Notes: generated from the sequence alone by a model not told the origin. Shown: positions 11,489 to 20,608, counted from the first letter of the stretch. The stretch: DNA of 64,000 nucleotides from Acidobacteriota bacterium (GCA_046734955.1 JBKPSH010000048.1:20139-84138), one strand, 5' to 3'. Translations and numbers: made by a program.

Positions 11489-12256
11489 ATGCGCGTCCCC
11501 TTCATAGCGGCCAACTGGAAGATGTTCAAGACCGTGCACGAAGCGGTCGCGTTTGCCAAAGAATTCCGCGCGATGGTGAAGGACATCACGGACGTCGAAA
11601 TCGTGCTGGCACCGCCGTTCACTGCGCTTCATCCCGTCGTCGATGCCGCACGAAATTCGAACATCGGAGTCTCGGGACAAAATCTGCACTGGGAACGAGA
11701 AGGTGCATTCACGGGCGAAGTCAGCGCCGCCATGTTGAAAGAGGCGGGCGCGGAATATGTGATCATCGGCCACTCCGAACGGCGGCGTCTTTTTCACGAA
11801 ACCGACGAAACCGTCAATCGCAAACTCGGCGCCGCGCTCGGCGAGCACCTCACACCGATTGTCTGCATTGGTGAGACGCTCGAAGAGCGCGAACGCAACG
11901 AGACGCTGCCGGTACTCGATCGCCAGATCAAAGCGGGACTCGACGGGCTCACCGGCGATCAGGTCGCGGCGCTCGTGCTTGCGTATGAACCGGTGTGGGC
12001 GATCGGTACCGGGCGCAACGCGACGCCGGCTCAGGCGGGCGAAGCACACGCGCACATCCGATCGCGGCTGCGGCAGTGGTTCGGCGCGCATGCCGCCGAG
12101 CAGTGCCACGTGATCTACGGCGGTAGTGTGAAGCCGGACAACATTCACGAGCTGATCATGCTGCCCGATGTGGACGGCGCACTCGTTGGCGGTGCGAGCC
12201 TCGACATCCGCGCGTTTGGCGACATCGTGGCACGGAGTCGGCAAAGCGCCGTGTAG
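11489..12256 (+). CDS. tpiA: Triosephosphate isomerase
   Basis: ANWKM, GHSERR, AYEPVWAIGTG, YGGSV and LVGGASL motifs. Confidence 0.98.
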   Translation: MRVPFIAANWKMFKTVHEAVAFAKEFRAMVKDITDVEIVLAPPFTALHPVVDAARNSNIGVSGQNLHWEREGAFTGEVSAAMLKEAGAEYVIIGHSERRRLFHETDETVNRKLGAALGEHLTPIVCIGETLEERERNETLPVLDRQIKAGLDGLTGDQVAALVLAYEPVWAIGTGRNATPAQAGEAHAHIRSRLRQWFGAHAAEQCHVIYGGSVKPDNIHELIMLPDVDGALVGGASLDIRAFGDIVARSRQSAV

Positions 12257-12272
12257 TCTCTCATCTAGACTC

Positions 12273-13904
12273 TCACTCGAGCACGTAGATCGTGGCGATC
12301 CCTTCGCCATCGCTGAAGGGACCAAGGCTGCGCACCCCTTTCGCTTCGTCGAGCGTCTGCAGGACGTGCTCGTAGACGTCTCGCTGCTCGCCATATCCGG
12401 CCTCGTGAATCACCACGTAACGAACGTCTGCGCGCCGGAGAACGCGAATCGAGAACGGCTCGGGGAAGCGCTTCAGGTCCTGCAGCCGATGAATGTAGGT
12501 AGCCGGGTAGAAGCCGCTGTATCCGTTGATCAGAGGCTTCCAGTGGAAAATCGATAAATAGGCGAACTTGGGATCCAACCCTGGCATGCCATCGAGTCTG
12601 GGCATGGGAAACTCCGCGACCACGCCCGGTGGCTGACTCGCCAGCAGCTTGTAAACAGGCGGCCGGTCGTTCGGATAGGTCACAAGCGTCACGTTCGTGA
12701 AGTACTCGGTGAGTACGCCCGTCAACAGGAGGGCAAGGACGATCAATCGGTATCGCACGCGGAGGGCAGCGGCGAGGAAGGAGTAGCCGAAGCCGGCCAG
12801 CACCGCCAGGGCGAACACGACGAATATCCCCAGCCGCGCCGGCGCTCGCAGGCCCCGAAACGGGCTGAAGTAATGGTACAGAAAGGAATACGAGTATCCC
12901 CCCAACCCGAGTGAGGCCTCGAAGGCGAACACACCAACGAGCGCATACATGATGACGACGCGCGATCGACGACGCAGAGCGAGGGCCGCAATCGCGAGCA
13001 CGAAGGGAAGCGCTCCGGGGAAGAGGCGCCGCTCCATTTCTCCGCGCGGCTGCCAGCGGCCATAGAACCAGTTGGTGGGCAGCGTGACCAGATAATCGGC
13101 GGGGCGCGCCGCAAAATTCAGAACTTCCCCGACGGGCCGTTCGCCGACCCGATCGCGGGCAAGAAGGTAAGGGCGCGCGTAGATGCCGATCAGAGCGACT
13201 GCGAGTACCGCGCCGGCGGCGAGCGGAACGAACGCGCGACGCATCGTCGTCCATGGCTTGCCCATCTGCAGCAGCAGTGAACCGATGGCGAGCACCGTCG
13301 CCAGGAATATGCCGTAATACACGCTCGAGAACATCTGCAGCACCACGGCGCCGCCGCAGAATAAACCGTCGCGTATTCGCCCGCTGTTGAATGTCCAGTG
13401 CAAGGCCAGAAATGCGAGCGGTATCCACATGGTCCATTGCAGTTCCATGTGCATGATGTGTTCGAACCGATAGGGAGCGAAGGCGAAGATGGTGCCGGCG
13501 AGAAGGGCGGCGCCGCGACTGCGCGTGAGATAGTGCACCAGCGCAAACATGGTCAGCGCCGACGCGATGATCGCGCCGAGCAGCATGATGTTGTGGACGA
13601 GGACCGGCGCCACGCCAAACCAGATCAACGGTGCCGCGATACTCCCCTCGACGAGCATCGCGTCGGAAAAAAGCAGGGTCCGCGGCTCGGGGTAAAAGAT
13701 GTTCGCGTTGAACAGATTCGTCGGCGCGGTGACGAGCGCGTGCGCGATCCACTGCAGGCGCCACATGTTGAAGTAGACGTCCTGGTGCGGTACGGCGCTG
13801 TCGCGAATATTCCGGACGAGCGGCCACATCATGGCGCACGTCAGGGCGATGAACGCGACAAGCGTGAACGCCCTGTCGCGCATGGATGTGACTGAAACGT
13901 GCAT
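12273..13904 (-). CDS. Polytopic membrane protein, probably GT-C-fold glycosyltransferase-like (YfhO/GT39-like)
   Basis: About 12 hydrophobic segments, acidic first loop (HQDVYFNMW...FSD), soluble C-terminal domain (INGYSG); family assignment is inference; start at 13904 or 13883. Confidence 0.6.
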   Translation of the reverse strand: MHVSVTSMRDRAFTLVAFIALTCAMMWPLVRNIRDSAVPHQDVYFNMWRLQWIAHALVTAPTNLFNANIFYPEPRTLLFSDAMLVEGSIAAPLIWFGVAPVLVHNIMLLGAIIASALTMFALVHYLTRSRGAALLAGTIFAFAPYRFEHIMHMELQWTMWIPLAFLALHWTFNSGRIRDGLFCGGAVVLQMFSSVYYGIFLATVLAIGSLLLQMGKPWTTMRRAFVPLAAGAVLAVALIGIYARPYLLARDRVGERPVGEVLNFAARPADYLVTLPTNWFYGRWQPRGEMERRLFPGALPFVLAIAALALRRRSRVVIMYALVGVFAFEASLGLGGYSYSFLYHYFSPFRGLRAPARLGIFVVFALAVLAGFGYSFLAAALRVRYRLIVLALLLTGVLTEYFTNVTLVTYPNDRPPVYKLLASQPPGVVAEFPMPRLDGMPGLDPKFAYLSIFHWKPLINGYSGFYPATYIHRLQDLKRFPEPFSIRVLRRADVRYVVIHEAGYGEQRDVYEHVLQTLDEAKGVRSLGPFSDGEGIATIYVLE

Positions 13905-14029
13905 GGATCGGAGCGACAAAGACCCCTGAGAAATGAATTCCTGGTCGATGACGATCAATACCACCCCATCGAGGTGCAACCGTCAAGCCGGTTGCCGGGG
14001 CTGTGCCTTAGCTGGTAAAATGGCGCGTT

Positions 14030-14410
14030 ATGCTCTATTACCTTGTCGCGGTTCTGTACGTGCTTGTATGTTTTCTCCTGCTTCTGGTCGTGCTCCTGCA
14101 GCAGGGCAAGGGCGGAGATATGGCAAGCGCGTTCGGAGGCGGCGGCAGCCAGACGGCATTCGGCGCGCGCGCGGGCGCGACGGTGTTGACCAAGGCCACG
14201 ACCGTGCTGGGCGTGTTGTTCATGCTCGGCGCGATCGGCCTCGGGGTCATGGGCCAGCGCGGTCCCGGATCGCTGATGCGTGGCCTCGGCGGCGCTCCCG
14301 CACCGGCGGCGACGCCAGCGCCGGCACCGGCTCCAACACCGGCAACGACGACACAGCCGGCCGAGCAGAAGGCACCGGAGCAGCCGGCACCGCAAACGCC
14401 GAAGAAGTAA
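14030..14410 (+). CDS. secG: Preprotein translocase subunit SecG
   Basis: LLVVLLQQGKGGD..AFGGG motif, two TM helices, Pro/Ala tail, adjacent to tRNA-Leu. Confidence 0.95.
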   Translation: MLYYLVAVLYVLVCFLLLLVVLLQQGKGGDMASAFGGGGSQTAFGARAGATVLTKATTVLGVLFMLGAIGLGVMGQRGPGSLMRGLGGAPAPAATPAPAPAPTPATTTQPAEQKAPEQPAPQTPKK

Positions 14411-14449
14411 GTGTTGTAGCGCAGCCCTTAGGGCTGCCCATCCCTCCTC

Positions 14450-14536
14450 GCGAAAGTGGCGGAATTGGCAGACGCACCAGCTTGAGGGGCTGGCGGTAGC
14501 AATACCGTGGGGGTTCGAGTCCCCCCTTTCGCACCA
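14450..14536 (+). tRNA. tRNA-Leu(GAG)
   Basis: GCGAAAG/CTTTCGC acceptor stem, GGCAGAC D-loop, CCAGC-TTGAGGG-GCTGG anticodon arm, long variable arm, GGTTCGAGTCC, encoded CCA. Confidence 0.97.
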
Positions 14537-14553
14537 ACAACTTACAGTCATAA

Positions 14554-14581
14554 TGACCGCAGCCTCAAGAGGCTGTGGTCA
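14554..14581. terminator. Strong hairpin just downstream of the tRNA
   Basis: tgaccgcagcctc-aa-gaggctgtggtca (13 bp, one G-U pair); no clear U-tract. Confidence 0.5.
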
Positions 14582-14637
14582 AGTCTGATTCTTCTGTAAT
14601 CGAGTTTAGGGGAATTCCGGACATCTCGGCGCTTCGT

Positions 14638-15165
14638 TTACCTTACCCAGTCAAGCCTGTAGGACTTGCCACGCGGTTCAAGCAAGACGCCTTCAGATTC
14701 AAAGCGTCCCACGACCAATCGAGCATTCTTGCGCGCGTAGAAAAAGAGCCCGTCGCCCACCATTCTGCCCAACGGCTTCACGAACGACGGTGCGGTACCG
14801 GTCAGCGGTCCGTTGAACACGACCAACGTAGACGAATCCGCCTTTCTGTCTTCAACAACGACCACGGCGAAATCGTCACGACCGTCGGCGTTGAAATCGC
14901 CGCTCACCTGATACGGGTGGTAGTCACGAACGGCAGCGGCGATGCCGTTATACCCGTTTCGCATCAGCTCAATGTCCTCGGGACACTCGCAGTCGGCATC
15001 GGTCGCCAAGCGTAATGTCGGCTGCTTCGACAACCAGCTTTGCAACACGTTCCGTTGTTCGCGAGTAAGGTTGTGCGAGACGCGATGCGGCTGTGAACCA
15101 AAAACAAGGTTCGCGATCGTTAGAATTGCCACGCAGTTCAGAGCAACCGGCTTAGACACCTGCAC
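14638..15165 (-). CDS. Secreted hypothetical protein with an FG-GAP-like motif
   Basis: Hydrophobic N-terminus; VSGDFNADGRDDFAV. Confidence 0.65.
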   Translation of the reverse strand: MQVSKPVALNCVAILTIANLVFGSQPHRVSHNLTREQRNVLQSWLSKQPTLRLATDADCECPEDIELMRNGYNGIAAAVRDYHPYQVSGDFNADGRDDFAVVVVEDRKADSSTLVVFNGPLTGTAPSFVKPLGRMVGDGLFFYARKNARLVVGRFESEGVLLEPRGKSYRLDWVR

Positions 15166-15384
15166 TCGGTGATTCTACGTCTCGGGCCACCTGACCACGG
15201 TCAGCGGTTGGGATGTTTGATTCGCGTCTGACTACCCAAGCCAGTGCTTCAGTAACGCTCCGAGTCCTGCTGCCAGACAGCCCGGTCCGCCGATGCCGAA
15301 CACGACGAGACAATCCGAATCGGTATTTGTTAATCCGCGAAAATCGAAATACGACGACAGGCGCGTTGCTAGAATGACCCGCAC

Positions 15385-15848
15385 TTGATGCCGCGCCCGA
15401 AGTTGCCGGAGGCAGAACGCTGGACCGGGACTCACCTGTACACGTACGGGTCCGTCGTAGACCGGCTGGAGAGCCTCATCCTGCACCACAAGATTTACAT
15501 CCCTACTCCAGCACAGTTGAACGACGCGAATGACAGCCGACCGCGATCGGTCTACCTGAACCGTCGTCAGCTTGTACGGTTCACGGCAATGCATGGCTGT
15601 TCAAACTTCCCGACTGGCGGTCTGCGGAAGAAGTACGGATTATTCTTCCGCGCAAGTTCGGCGGTCCTGAATTTGACTTGTCTCCGAACACCCTGACCCG
15701 CGTCATTCTGGGACGGAACATGCCGCCCGACGACGTTGAAAGAATCCGTCAATGGGCGGCACGTCGCGCACCGCGTCTGGACGTTGCCGTAACGACTTTC
15801 GATGCGTTCAAGAGGACCTTCGATGTAGCTCCCTTGCCACACAGATAA
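15385..15848 (+). pseudogene. DUF2971-like protein remnant (frameshift and probable internal deletion)
   Basis: Frame 1 reads HLYTY...KIYIPTPAQLNDAND; a second frame from ~15600 reads FKLPDWRSAEEVRII...LTRVILGRNM...*; matches the recalled DUF2971 pattern. Confidence 0.55.
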
Positions 15849-15853
15849 TCGAC

Positions 15854-16072
15854 ATGCGAATGGATTCAAGCCCTGTTGTTCTTCGCCGGTACCCCGCCGT
15901 GATTCACGCGGAGCTTGCCAAGAGCGCTTTGGCAGCGTCCGAGATTCAGGCAGTCATCACCGTATGTCCCTATCCCGGACGTCTCCCCGAAGCATTTGAT
16001 TTACTCGTTCGACCGGAGGACGTCGCCGCTGCCTTGGAAATCCTCGGACCTGAAGAAACGTTTTCAGACTGA
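15854..16072 (+). CDS. DUF2007-like small protein
   Basis: VVLRRY...AELAKSALAASEIQA...LLVRPEDVAAALEIL pattern. Confidence 0.65.
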   Translation: MRMDSSPVVLRRYPAVIHAELAKSALAASEIQAVITVCPYPGRLPEAFDLLVRPEDVAAALEILGPEETFSD

Positions 16073-16302
16073 GATGCTGACGAAGCTGACCCGTGTGGCA
16101 ATCATCGTCACAGCAATTTCTGCCGTCCTTATCTTGCTGTCTAAGGACATAGGTCGCATGCTCACGACAGAAGGTGACATTCTCGTGTGGAGAGTGTGAG
16201 GCCACGTACGAGAGGAAGGCGTGCCGGGTGTCCGATGTGGAGGTTCGGCTCCTTGCGCCGGGTTATTACGGGCTCGGATTGAAGTCGCGCTGAAGGGATA
16301 CG

Positions 16303-16503
16303 ATGACCACTGAACGTTGGGCTTGCTTGTGGATTCTGCCGCTCACGGTGGCGTTCGCAGCGTACCAGTTTCGAGCGGCGGAGATGAATGACGACAGCGA
16401 GAGCGCAGCCCGCGCGCGAACGACGGCGTGGGTCGCGGTACTTCTTGCCGCCATAGCACTTTATGGACTCATCTTTGACCCGCAGCCACGCTATCCGCGT
16501 TGA
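16303..16503 (+). CDS. Small two-TM hypothetical protein
   Basis: Two hydrophobic helices; preceded by GAAGGGA. Confidence 0.4.
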   Translation: MTTERWACLWILPLTVAFAAYQFRAAEMNDDSESAARARTTAWVAVLLAAIALYGLIFDPQPRYPR

Positions 16504-16535
16504 AAGCTCCTATCGGTACAATTTCATATCCCACC

Positions 16536-16783
16536 ATGGCTGAGTCCGATTGGCATCTCGAGAATCAAGACCGGTATCTAACCGGGGTTACCCTCGTCCG
16601 CCGACGATGGACGCAGACTCCTGGGCCCATGACCACTGTGAGTTCTGCTGGGCAAAATTCTCAGCGAGCAAATTGCCTGATGTTCTCCATGAAGGATGGA
16701 CGACCCGGATGAATACTGGTGGATTTGCGAGCAGTGCTTCAACGACTTTCACGAAGTTCGGTTGGGTCGTGGTTCAGAATTAA
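16536..16783 (+). pseudogene. Cys/His-motif hypothetical protein with about 3 frameshifts
   Basis: Pieces in alternating frames: MAESDWHLENQDRYLTGVTL / WAHDHCEFCWAKF...EGWTT / DEYWWICEQCFNDF / KFGWVV*. Confidence 0.65.
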
Positions 16784-16995
16784 TCGCGTGCGCGAGGTCA
16801 ACGACTTCACCGGCGTCTTGCGTGAGGCATATTGGATTGCTGGCTGCGTAGCATTGGCAACAGCGTTCTGTTACTTCGCACCAGAGTACGGGTACAGTCC
16901 TGTACTGTTCTTCTCGCTCTGCTTCTACATCCTGTCTTGGGTTGCGCGCTTTTTGCTCGCGGTGTGGCGGCATTTCGGTACACACCCACGTACGC

Positions 16996-17330
16996 CTAAC
17001 CGCCCATAGCCGTCTTCCGTGAATGGCACTCGTGATAGAGCGCCTGCCAATTCTCTTCATCCCAGAACAATTGTTCGTTGCCTCTGTGCGGAATGACGTG
17101 GTCCACGTCCGTTGCGGGCTTCACCGAGCCTTCTCTCATGCACGTCACGCAGAGCGGATGGTCACGAAGGAACTGAAGCCGAGCGTTGCGGAACGTGCGG
17201 ACTTGTAGAGCCGGGTAATAGTTTCTCCTGCTCGTGACGTTCGCAGTGTCCAGAAGTCACGCGATTCGGACAGTGTGGGTGTGAGCGTAGCGGGTGGAGA
17301 GACGACGGCTGCCCGGCCGGTTGGAATAGG
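16996..17330 (-). pseudogene. Phage terminase-associated HNH endonuclease, frameshifted
   Basis: Core frame: NARLQFLRDHPLCVTCMREGSVKPATDVDHVIPHRGNEQLFWDEENWQALYHECHSRKTAMGG*; upstream LYKSAR and HPHCPNRVTSGHCERH lie in two other frames. Confidence 0.8.
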
Positions 17331-17598
17331 GGCAATGTCAAGCCCTTGCACAAGTCCCCTTTCCTGCTCGCGCCCCGCGTCCGGGTATCAGCGGATCCTC
17401 TCCGTGTTCAGCGTGAGTTTGAAATTGTCGACCGGCTGCGGTAAAACCATCGCTCTGGAGAGGTCGAGATGCTGTTCTACGTCATAAAACTGGTCCTTGA
17501 GCTAGGAGCACTTGCCGCACTCCTTTGGGGTGGCTATCGCTACTGGCCCCGCCAAGGATTTTGAAAGTAGCCACACTCGCCAGTGAAAGGCGATAACC

Positions 17599-17763
17599 AT
17601 GTTTTTCAGAAAGCCAAAGCCCGTTAGTTGCTCCGTCTGTGGCAAAACCATCGAACCAAGAGAGCACCGCTTCCTAGAAAAGAACCGCGTCACGAAGGCG
17701 GAGCGACACACACACATCGACTGCCACAAGCACGCGGGCGGTTCTCGGATGCCACCCTCGTAA
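17599..17763 (+). CDS. 54-aa putative Zn-binding microprotein (CSVC...HxxC)
   Basis: MFFRKPKPVSCSVCGKTIEPREHRFLEKNRVTKAERHTHIDCHKHAGGSRMPPS*; GAAAGG upstream; below the ORF-track cutoff. Confidence 0.6.
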   Translation: MFFRKPKPVSCSVCGKTIEPREHRFLEKNRVTKAERHTHIDCHKHAGGSRMPPS

Positions 17764-17798
17764 ATGTTCTTCGTGTTCCCTCCGAATGTTCGGAGTAC

Positions 17799-18086
17799 TT
17801 ACGCGGATCGTTTCATAAAGCCCTCGCGCAGGTTTTTGGAGATGACGCGCAGGGCACGCGCCGCCCAATTCAAATCGTCCTCGCTGCGAGCTGCGGCGCG
17901 ATATCCGCACGCGGCGCTGTCGCAAACCCAGGCGGGAATGGTCCGGAACGTTCCGTTCCGCTTGGGAAGGCGGTACCGTTCATTGAAGTCCATCTGGTTG
18001 ACATGACACTTCGGACATGTGCGGGTTGTGCCATTCGACGGACGGTCCGGGCCACGACGCTCAACGACGGGACAACGGGCATTCAT
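17799..18086 (-). CDS. Small Zn-ribbon-like protein (CPKC...PAWVCDSAAC)
   Basis: Four-Cys pattern resembling YgiT/MqsA-type ribbons. Confidence 0.55.
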   Translation of the reverse strand: MNARCPVVERRGPDRPSNGTTRTCPKCHVNQMDFNERYRLPKRNGTFRTIPAWVCDSAACGYRAAARSEDDLNWAARALRVISKNLREGFMKRSA

Positions 18087-18233
18087 CGCGAACCCCCACA
18101 AAACGAGGAGCTCTACTGTAATCCGGGCGGAAGTTCTCGTGCAAGGAGGACCCGGCGACGCGGGAATCCGAATTCCTCCGAGATGCGGTGAGTGCGATTC
18201 GTTCCAAACGCAGTCGTAGAGCTGTGGATCGTG

Positions 18234-18279
18234 ACCGTGGGGATTCGAGTTCCCCTTTTCGCACCGACAACTTGCGGTC
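18234..18279 (+). repeat. attR-like copy of the tRNA-Leu 3' end
   Basis: accgtggggattcgagttccccttttcgcaccgacaacttgcggtc versus accgtgggggttcgagtcccccctttcgcaccaacaacttacagtc. Confidence 0.85.
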
Positions 18280-18378
18280 GTTTTGACGACTTGGTCTCAG
18301 GCTCAAGTCTTTCGTTTTATGAGTCATTTACGGCGTCTGTTCGACGGTCATTACTGCGCTTTGCATGAGGAGGTACCT

Positions 18379-18750
18379 ATGCACCGCTCCGTTACTCTCG
18401 TTATCGTCGCTGCTGCTGCACTCGCGGCACCAAGCTTCGCGCAAGAATCAGCAACATCCAAGAATGCGATAGCCCTGCAATGCGAACTTGCCAAGAACGG
18501 ACAAGTTGTCGAACATCCGTCACTCCGCATCGAGAGTGGGGGTAGCGGCAAGATTTCGTTTCGGGACGAATTCACGGTGACGATGACTCCAACGAGATTG
18601 GATGCCCACCATGTGCGTCTCGCTCTGACGATAGAAAACACTGGCACGACGATTAATCCGGAAGTCAAGTTTGCGGACGAGCAGCCGGGGATGGTGCGGT
18701 TTCCGATTGGGAAGGCGACCTACGAGTTGAAGTTCTCTCTCGTTCAGTAG
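18379..18750 (+). CDS. Secreted hypothetical protein
   Basis: GAGGAGG RBS; signal peptide ending APSFA|Q. Confidence 0.75.
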   Translation: MHRSVTLVIVAAAALAAPSFAQESATSKNAIALQCELAKNGQVVEHPSLRIESGGSGKISFRDEFTVTMTPTRLDAHHVRLALTIENTGTTINPEVKFADEQPGMVRFPIGKATYELKFSLVQ

Positions 18751-18813
18751 ACGGCAGAGCAGTTCCCACGACTCGTAACGATTGCATCGTCGCTGGGGTC
18801 GAAAGGTGACACC

Positions 18814-18930
18814 ATGCTTGGAAGCTTTTCGTTGGCGGTTCCGCTCTGGGTCGTACTCCCGGTCCTCCTGCTTCTCGTGCTCGGCGGGGTTAAGCTCGTA
18901 AAGCTCGTTTTGATGGCGCTGAAGGGGTGA
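18814..18930 (+). CDS. 38-aa membrane peptide
   Basis: GAAAGGTG RBS; MLGSFSLAVPLWVVLPVLLLLVLGGVKLVKLVLMALKG*. Confidence 0.55.
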   Translation: MLGSFSLAVPLWVVLPVLLLLVLGGVKLVKLVLMALKG

Positions 18931-18980
18931 GCCGGATACGCCGCAATAGACACGCGTTCGCGCATTCAGTTCCTCCGAAA

Positions 18981-20459
18981 TTACCGCATGCCGTCCTGTC
19001 TCAGTTCAAACGGCTGACCCGCGATCGTCAGGACGACGCTGCGCGCCGGACCGTCATTCGCTTCAACGAGCAGGCGGACCTTGCCCTTCCCTGTCCCGGA
19101 AGAACCCTCCGCGACGGTGACCCAGTTCACGGTGCTGCTCGCCGTCCAGGTGCAACCCGCATCGGTAGTCACTTCGATGTCGATGTCGTCGGGACCTCGT
19201 CCCGCATGGTAGTTGGTCGGCTTGATCTTGTACGAGCAGGAGCCTTCCTGATGCAGCTCGAACGGTTGGCCCGCAATGGTGACGGTCGTACTACGCTCGC
19301 TCCCACTGTTGGCCTGCACCCGCAGGCGGACGGTTCCATTACCCGATCCGCTGCTACCTGTGTCGACCGTTACCCAGTTCGCATCGGTCCGAGTGGTCCA
19401 CGCGCATCCCGCTCCGGCGGTGACGTTGATTGTGATCGTGTCGGGTCCGCGACCCGCGTTGTAATAGGTGGGCTTGATCGAGTACGTGCACGGCGCCGGA
19501 GCCGCGGCGGTTTGCTGGATTGTGACGGTCTGTGACGCGACCGTAATGTTCGCGCTCCGAGCCGATCCGGGATTTCGCCCGATGTTCAGAGTGACAGAGC
19601 CGTTGCCCGAGCCCGCAGACCCGGACGTCACCGTAATCCAGTCCGCTGTGCTCGTGGCGTTCCAGGCACAATCCGGCGTTGAGGTCACGCTGATGGACCG
19701 CTGGCCGCCTGCCGCATCAATAGAGACTTGGGTCGGTAAAACCCCATACGCGCAGCTCGGCGGCGTCGGGGGCGGAGCCGGAGGTGGTGGTGGCGTCGGC
19801 GCAGGTGGCGGGGGCGGCGCAGGAGGCGCAGCCTCGACTGGCGCTTGATTCACACGCAAGGTCGCATCCGCCAGCGTGACCGTACCGATCCGCGCCGGTG
19901 CCGTATTGGTCGCGATCACCATCCTTACGCTGGCACTGCCCACGCCTGAATTCGGGATCGGACTGCCGATCCAATCCGTGTTGCTTCGAGCGTTCCATGA
20001 ACAACCCGGAGTCGCGGTCAAGGCGACGGAGAGTTCGCTCTGCGCAGCCGGCACGTCGGCATTCGACGGGGAAATCGCGTACTGGCAGGGGGCCGCCGCC
20101 TGACTGACCTCGACCGTTTGGTCGGATACGGCCACGTGGCCTTGTCTCCGCGTGCCGTTTGGATTGGGTTGAACGGTATAACGGAGCGTCGCTTCCCCCT
20201 GGCCACTCGTCGCGTTCAGGGTTATCCACGAGTCCTTCGAGCTGGCTGACCATGCGCACTCGCGCTCGGTATTCACGGTGACGCTGCCATTCCCGCCCGA
20301 CGCCGGAATCTCCGGCGGGTTGTTCGTGATCGAGAGGGCGCACTTGGTGAGCGTGGGAGCGCTGACACTGGTCGTCGCCGATCCCCCACATCCGGTGAAC
20401 ACAGCGACGATAAGAAGAGGCCAGAGTTGTCGAGGAGATGAGATGCGTCCGCCCCACAT
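18981..20459 (-). CDS. Lipoprotein with five BACON-type Ig-like repeats and a Pro-rich linker
   Basis: Lipobox VAVFTGC; repeated C-x-W-(T/S/N)-(A/T)...W(I/V)...G.G.G units; the last two repeats are near-duplicates (C.Y.IKPT.Y.AGRGPD). Confidence 0.88.
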   Translation of the reverse strand: MWGGRISSPRQLWPLLIVAVFTGCGGSATTSVSAPTLTKCALSITNNPPEIPASGGNGSVTVNTERECAWSASSKDSWITLNATSGQGEATLRYTVQPNPNGTRRQGHVAVSDQTVEVSQAAAPCQYAISPSNADVPAAQSELSVALTATPGCSWNARSNTDWIGSPIPNSGVGSASVRMVIATNTAPARIGTVTLADATLRVNQAPVEAAPPAPPPPPAPTPPPPPAPPPTPPSCAYGVLPTQVSIDAAGGQRSISVTSTPDCAWNATSTADWITVTSGSAGSGNGSVTLNIGRNPGSARSANITVASQTVTIQQTAAAPAPCTYSIKPTYYNAGRGPDTITINVTAGAGCAWTTRTDANWVTVDTGSSGSGNGTVRLRVQANSGSERSTTVTIAGQPFELHQEGSCSYKIKPTNYHAGRGPDDIDIEVTTDAGCTWTASSTVNWVTVAEGSSGTGKGKVRLLVEANDGPARSVVLTIAGQPFELRQDGMR

Positions 20460-20608
20460 GGTCGTCTGCGCCGGTCGGCGCGACGCATCGATGCAAACGG
20501 GGCGACGTGAGCCGTTGAGCAGAAGTGAGGTTAAGAGCCGACTTTGCGCACGAGAGATCTACAAGCCGCGGATCTTTACGGACGTCGTTCCACCGCGCGT
20601 CGCGGGGC

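Larger units (their letters stand above)
14504..18279. mobile_element. Decayed tRNA-Leu-integrated islet / prophage remnant
   Basis: 14504-14549 is repeated at 18234-18279 (40/46 identical); cargo is short ORFs and pseudogenes including a phage HNH; no integrase seen. Confidence 0.75.

Noticed and set aside
12265-13986. Long alternative-frame and antisense ORFs (for example 12265-13986, 8172-9143, 38850-40175, 21297-21788, 59682-60455)
   Set aside because: Arg/Ala/Pro-rich shadows of well-supported genes, as expected in high-GC DNA; no motifs.
18234-18279. Second tRNA-Leu gene
   Set aside because: Only the 3' third is present and CCA reads CCG; treated as an att copy.
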